Shown here piece after piece: positions 53,020 to 57,081 of a DNA stretch of 57,081 nt. The position numbers and the translations under genes were made by a program. Source of the stretch: a virus (taxonomy: Duplodnaviria; Caudoviricetes); IMG/VR virus record IMGVR_UViG_3300027038_000001, positions 1 to 57,081 of that record, one strand, 5' to 3'. The notes under the pieces are model-generated. The model was not told where the DNA came from and searched no databases. It saw only the letters and a list, made by a program, of their open reading frames with translations. Position 1 is the first letter of the stretch. Each line of letters begins with the position of its first letter.

Positions 53020-54447
53020 CTATCTTTCACCTCCTGTAACCAATTCAGGTTCCGGTTTCGGTTTCGCCGCTAGATCCTTCTTGATTTCAAGCTTCTCTGC
53101 CGTGGCGTCGATCCCTTCACGACCCCATCCACCGGTACTGAGCAGATTCCACCACGTTTCGAACGACATCTCTCCCGCTTGCAACGCCGCGAGTGCCGCG
53201 GTCACGTCACCTGCAGAGATCTTCACATTGAAGAATTCTTTGTTCAATTCAACGCTCGCTGGAGCGTCGTTCGGCGATTCGACCGTCGACTGCCACCATA
53301 CCACGATCTGTAACACAAAGGTCAACGCTTGTTCTACCGCGTTAGCTACCGTACGAAGCGACGCATGTTCTCCGCTCCGTCGAATCTGCACCGCGGTTGC
53401 GGTTTCGTCCACCATCGGCACGTCTTCAAGCATACGTGCGCCGATCACCGCCATTTGCTTCTTCTTCTCCTCCATTGCAGTCACGATCGACGCAAGCCCT
53501 GCGCCAGAAAATTCCAACATTCCTGCCGACCCTTGAAGTTCGAGCTCCCACACAACCGAGGGACCGATCTTCATCATGCCGTCAGAAGAAGCATTCTTCG
53601 CACCAGAGACCCACGGCGTTGGCAACGCTACTAAATGCAGTCCGTATTCGTAGTCGACCGAATTCCGCCAATGACCAAGGTTAACGTCCGCTAAGTCGGT
53701 CAAGGGAGGGTCGGTAATCTCCGCAGTTGCGTGTTGCGCTCCCATGAACACAAATGGAATGAAGTTAAGCGCCTCCCCACGTCTGACTGGCGTCAAGGTA
53801 GGACCGTATTGAGTCCATTCCTTGGCCGAGGAATTGCTCTTCGTCTGATACCGGTATAATTTCTGCGTGTATAACTGATTCGCGACTTCACACACACGGT
53901 ATTGATCCACGACGCTGACTTTAAACGCGTCTTTCGGATCAACGACCTCAACCTTCTCTCGGAGTACGACCATTTGCAAAATTTGATCGCCATTAATCCG
54001 TTCAGTTCTCCAATTGATGATGTCTTCGGTCTTATACGCACACAGATACGGTCGATTATACGTCGACCCTTCCGTTGGCATATCGACAAGGACACCGAAG
54101 CGTCCCATCAACATCGCTTCACGTCCGGCTTCCACGGCAAACATCTCAAACGTAACGTTGGTCAACGTCACATCCGTCAGAAAGTCCGCTTCGGACTTCG
54201 GAAATTCAACTTCAGGCGCTTTCTGGTAAAGGAGTCCAGTAAGTCCATGCACAGTACGCTTTACACAATTGTAGAAGTTCCCTCGTGCACGGTAATTGCT
54301 GTTCTGCCCGGATTCCAGTCCCTTTAAATCGGGCACGTACAGGCTGCCTGCCGTCAATACGGCATCACGACCGTTGTAGGTATCGCGAAGTCGACGCCAC
54401 ACCGACTTCATGTCAAGGTAATCCTGACGTGGCGTATCAATCGGCAT
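53020..54447 (-). CDS. Portal protein (DUF4055-like)
   Basis: 475 aa after TerL: Y..RA.FYN..KRT, GR.GVLVD.P, IINW, IPF.F, PPL.DLA.VN..H.RNS.DY. Confidence 0.9.
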   Translation of the reverse strand: MPIDTPRQDYLDMKSVWRRLRDTYNGRDAVLTAGSLYVPDLKGLESGQNSNYRARGNFYNCVKRTVHGLTGLLYQKAPEVEFPKSEADFLTDVTLTNVTFEMFAVEAGREAMLMGRFGVLVDMPTEGSTYNRPYLCAYKTEDIINWRTERINGDQILQMVVLREKVEVVDPKDAFKVSVVDQYRVCEVANQLYTQKLYRYQTKSNSSAKEWTQYGPTLTPVRRGEALNFIPFVFMGAQHATAEITDPPLTDLADVNLGHWRNSVDYEYGLHLVALPTPWVSGAKNASSDGMMKIGPSVVWELELQGSAGMLEFSGAGLASIVTAMEEKKKQMAVIGARMLEDVPMVDETATAVQIRRSGEHASLRTVANAVEQALTFVLQIVVWWQSTVESPNDAPASVELNKEFFNVKISAGDVTAALAALQAGEMSFETWWNLLSTGGWGREGIDATAEKLEIKKDLAAKPKPEPELVTGGER

Positions 54448-54467
54448 TGGTCGTCCTTAGGAACATA

Positions 54468-55988
54468 TCAACCCCATACCGCTTCGTGAACTTTGACTTC
54501 GCCAGTACCGTACTTGTCAAGCGACGCCAACATCAACGCGTCAGCATCGTCCGGACTTGGTTTTCCATCGCGCTTAATCTGATCCTTGCTTTCCATTAGG
54601 ATCTGACCTGAACTGGATCGCTTGTATTTCAATGCGACCAATTGAGCGGCGAGGTCGTCGTCCAATGGATCGATATCAACGGTACCTTGTTGGAAACTTT
54701 CACGGAGGAGCCAGTAGCCTTCGGCACGAAGGTTGGCGAAATGTAACTTATCCTTAGCCATTCGACCGACATTCACTCCATGGACTTCTCGGTATTTGAG
54801 TTCGGTCGCCCGGTTAACCACACCACGACCAATCCCGATCTCATCAACCTTTGCGGCAGTGATCGGATTGGTTGGATTCCTCGTTTTACGATCCATGAGA
54901 ATGCCCAGAAGATTGCCACAGGTCTCCATGGTATCGGGAGTATTATCGCGCCGGATAATACGGTAATATCCACCGTGACGTTCGCAATAGACACTTTTGT
55001 TTCCTCCTCCACCCACGTCGACACCCAACTCATGCGGCAGTCCCAGCGGTAATTCCCGAGCCTGCGCGGCCGCAATCCACTTCATTGGGATGAGGCCGTC
55101 GGTCGCGACATCGGGGAACTGGCCAAGCACTTTCGATTTCCAGAACGGATTCTCTTCGCCCCACTTGCGGCGTTTCTCGTCCACCCATAACGTACCAACA
55201 AGGTTATGTTTCAACGCCTCAGGTATGAGTTCTCCAGTAAAGTTTGGGGTATCGAATGCCGAAATGGGAATGACATTCCATCCACTCCCCGGCTTACAGA
55301 CTTGGTGGAACTCGACATCCGGCAGGTCGGGGTTGCCAATGACAAGCATTCTGGCATCGTCATTGGAGAGGAGGGAGTCGGCCGCATTCCACAGTGCGGT
55401 GGCGATACCGCAGGCTTCATCGAAGATGACGAGGACGTAGCGGGCATGGATCCCCTGGAACGCCGTCGGCGACATATCGTCCGGCTTCATACCGAAGGCG
55501 ACGATCTCTTCGTTGCCCTCCGGCATCGTCATCATCCACTCGGTCTGGTTGGTACGACCGACGAGGCGCGCCTTGGCATGGATGCGTCCAATTTCACGCC
55601 AAAGAATCGTCCGGACCTGGCGTCCTGTGGGCGCGGATGAAACGACAAAGGCTTCTCCTGGTGGGTGACACGATAACCACCACGCCGCAATTCGGGCTGC
55701 TAAGAAGGATTTCCCGCTCCCATGGCAACTGGGGACCGCGGTCTTGCGGTTATCCCGAACCGAATTCATAATGATGCGTTGCTTGGACCACAAGTGTTCC
55801 TTGCAGACGTCTTGCACCCATTGGGTGGGAAAGCGCAAATGCTCTTTCTGTTCGAGTTGACGGAGGAGGGCCGCGAGTTGTTCCGGAGGGAGCCCTGCGA
55901 CCGCACCCGGTGTGGGCGCGAAGGGTGACACAATCGCCGGCATCGGCGGCGCGGTCACAGGGCGTGTGGTCTTAATCCGAACCTTCAT
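54468..55988 (-). CDS. terL: Terminase large subunit
   Basis: SCHGSGKS Walker A, IFDEA Walker B, IGNP, LGVDVG, VDEIGIG, SPDDADAL. Confidence 0.95.
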   Translation of the reverse strand: MKVRIKTTRPVTAPPMPAIVSPFAPTPGAVAGLPPEQLAALLRQLEQKEHLRFPTQWVQDVCKEHLWSKQRIIMNSVRDNRKTAVPSCHGSGKSFLAARIAAWWLSCHPPGEAFVVSSAPTGRQVRTILWREIGRIHAKARLVGRTNQTEWMMTMPEGNEEIVAFGMKPDDMSPTAFQGIHARYVLVIFDEACGIATALWNAADSLLSNDDARMLVIGNPDLPDVEFHQVCKPGSGWNVIPISAFDTPNFTGELIPEALKHNLVGTLWVDEKRRKWGEENPFWKSKVLGQFPDVATDGLIPMKWIAAAQARELPLGLPHELGVDVGGGGNKSVYCERHGGYYRIIRRDNTPDTMETCGNLLGILMDRKTRNPTNPITAAKVDEIGIGRGVVNRATELKYREVHGVNVGRMAKDKLHFANLRAEGYWLLRESFQQGTVDIDPLDDDLAAQLVALKYKRSSSGQILMESKDQIKRDGKPSPDDADALMLASLDKYGTGEVKVHEAVWG

Positions 55989-56000
55989 GAGTCGTGTGTG

Positions 56001-56192
56001 CTACGTCTTTGCGACCAACACCGTCTGACCGGTCTCGTCACGACGATACGACTTAAACGACCCCTTGCTGAATTTCACAATGGGTTTACCATCGCGCAGT
56101 CGTTGTTCGACATGGGCGATGTCGGATCTCGGGACACCGGCATCAAGTGCCTGTTGTTCCGATTCGTAGGTCTTCCCGGTTCGCATGTCCAT
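56001..56192 (-). CDS. Small hypothetical protein
   Basis: 63 aa, in line with the minus-strand operon. Confidence 0.55.
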   Translation of the reverse strand: MDMRTGKTYESEQQALDAGVPRSDIAHVEQRLRDGKPIVKFSKGSFKSYRRDETGQTVLVAKT

Positions 56193-56200
56193 GATTCGAC

Positions 56201-56650
56201 CTACTTGTCGGGCTCGGTGTTCTTGATCAGCTCGCGCTGTGCGTCGATCGCATCCAAGACACCGACGCGGTCCTTGTGCGTCTTCTCGTCCTTTTCTACG
56301 AGCTTCAGCATGTCGAGATCAGTGATGGTGGAAATGACGTCCTTGGCCTCTCCCACATTGAGGTCGGTGACCGAGGGAACGGCCGGGTCGTTGTCCGTGG
56401 CCGGGTCGTCTTCCGGCGTGTCGACCTTTTCTTCTTCGCGCGCGCCCGCGTTATCAGTACGGGTAAGGGTTAGGGGATTGGGCTTGTTGCTGTCGTCGGC
56501 GTTGGTGGACGGGATGTCACCAGGGGGAATGGGACTGGGGAGTTCGCCTTCCGTATACCATCCGTGTTGTTTGAGCTGGTCGAACTCTTCTAATGAGGAG
56601 CACGACCGGGGCATGGTGGGCGCATGAATCGGGTGGTAGATCAAAAACAT
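56201..56650 (-). CDS. Acidic hypothetical protein
   Basis: GAGGAG RBS; C-terminal LNV.EA....E....DRVGVLDAI helical motif common in phages. Confidence 0.65.
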   Translation of the reverse strand: MFLIYHPIHAPTMPRSCSSLEEFDQLKQHGWYTEGELPSPIPPGDIPSTNADDSNKPNPLTLTRTDNAGAREEEKVDTPEDDPATDNDPAVPSVTDLNVGEAKDVISTITDLDMLKLVEKDEKTHKDRVGVLDAIDAQRELIKNTEPDK

Positions 56651-56681
56651 CGATGACTCCTCAGGTTGGTGGTTTCCGTGA

Positions 56682-56900
56682 TCATTTGCTTTGAGCAGGG
56701 TACGTTGCACTGCCGGTGATCTTCTCGGTCTGTTTGGCGTTGAGCACTAGTGTGCCAGTCACGTTGTGCGGTCCGTGCTCGCCAGGAATCACGAGAGTTG
56801 TGTTGCAGTAGTCGTCGGCCATATGAATTTCCTTGACCGTAAAAACGACAGAGACGCGGTCACCTACATTGAGTAGCACGCCGTTCTTATCGTGCGGCAT
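56682..56900 (-). CDS. Small SH3-like hypothetical protein
   Basis: HDKNG..LNVGDRV; GGAG RBS. Confidence 0.6.
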   Translation of the reverse strand: MPHDKNGVLLNVGDRVSVVFTVKEIHMADDYCNTTLVIPGEHGPHNVTGTLVLNAKQTEKITGSATYPAQSK

Positions 56901-56982
56901 ATGAATTCTTCTCCGTGTCAAAGCTCGTCATTTTCGTTATCCAGCGGTTTACGAGGTCACCCTCAGTGATCCGATCCTATTA

Positions 56983-57081
56983 GGGGGGCCGCCCCCCTAG
57001 GCCTCGCTGCTCGGTACTGTGTCGTCCTTTGACTTCCTCAGGAGCACGAGCAGTGCCTGCTGCTCCTTCTCCGACAACTTC
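56983..57081. repeat. Terminal direct repeat, copy 2
   Basis: Identical to bases 1-99. Confidence 0.97.

Noticed and set aside
56983-57081. 99-bp terminal repeat as a biological DTR
   Set aside because: An exact 99-bp overlap cutting through the end of terS is typical of an assembler k-mer overlap on a circular contig.
1-57081. Temperate module or stop-codon recoding
   Set aside because: No integrase or repressor recognised; core genes are intact in the standard code and end in all three stop codons.

Overview
The window is almost certainly a complete, circularly assembled genome of a tailed dsDNA bacteriophage of about 56,982 bp (bases 1-99 recur at 56983-57081). It has two converging arms. 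The + arm (about 1.06-29.2 kb) carries small early and accessory genes and a self-contained replication/recombination set: ATP-dependent ligase, SNF2 helicase, RuvC-like resolvase, PD-(D/E)xK exonuclease, Sak4-like ATPase, SSB-like protein, PolA and a TOPRIM primase fused to an MCM-like ATPase. The - arm (57 kb down to 29.4 kb) carries terminase, portal, scaffold, a P22-coat-like capsid, neck and siphovirus tail genes, many accessory virion proteins and a lysis module. I see no integrase, repressor, tRNA or CRISPR array, so a lytic lifestyle is likely. The best candidate for a new system is a nucleotide/DNA-modification cluster at 16.9-22.2 kb: FAD oxidoreductase, dUTPase-like/HAD fusion, a ThyX homologue with a rewritten active-site motif, a GT-A glycosyltransferase and a radical SAM/SPASM enzyme. 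A DUF1599-like gene and a PolA with altered motifs lie nearby. Other notable items are a shared basic terminal tag on many proteins alongside a charge-block SSB, nested repeat domains in the large tail protein, three tandem GGN-loop hairpins before the capsid gene, a 275-bp inverted repeat beside terS, and a B-lectin/glycoside hydrolase in the lysis module. All calls come from reading motifs by eye; no database searches were run.
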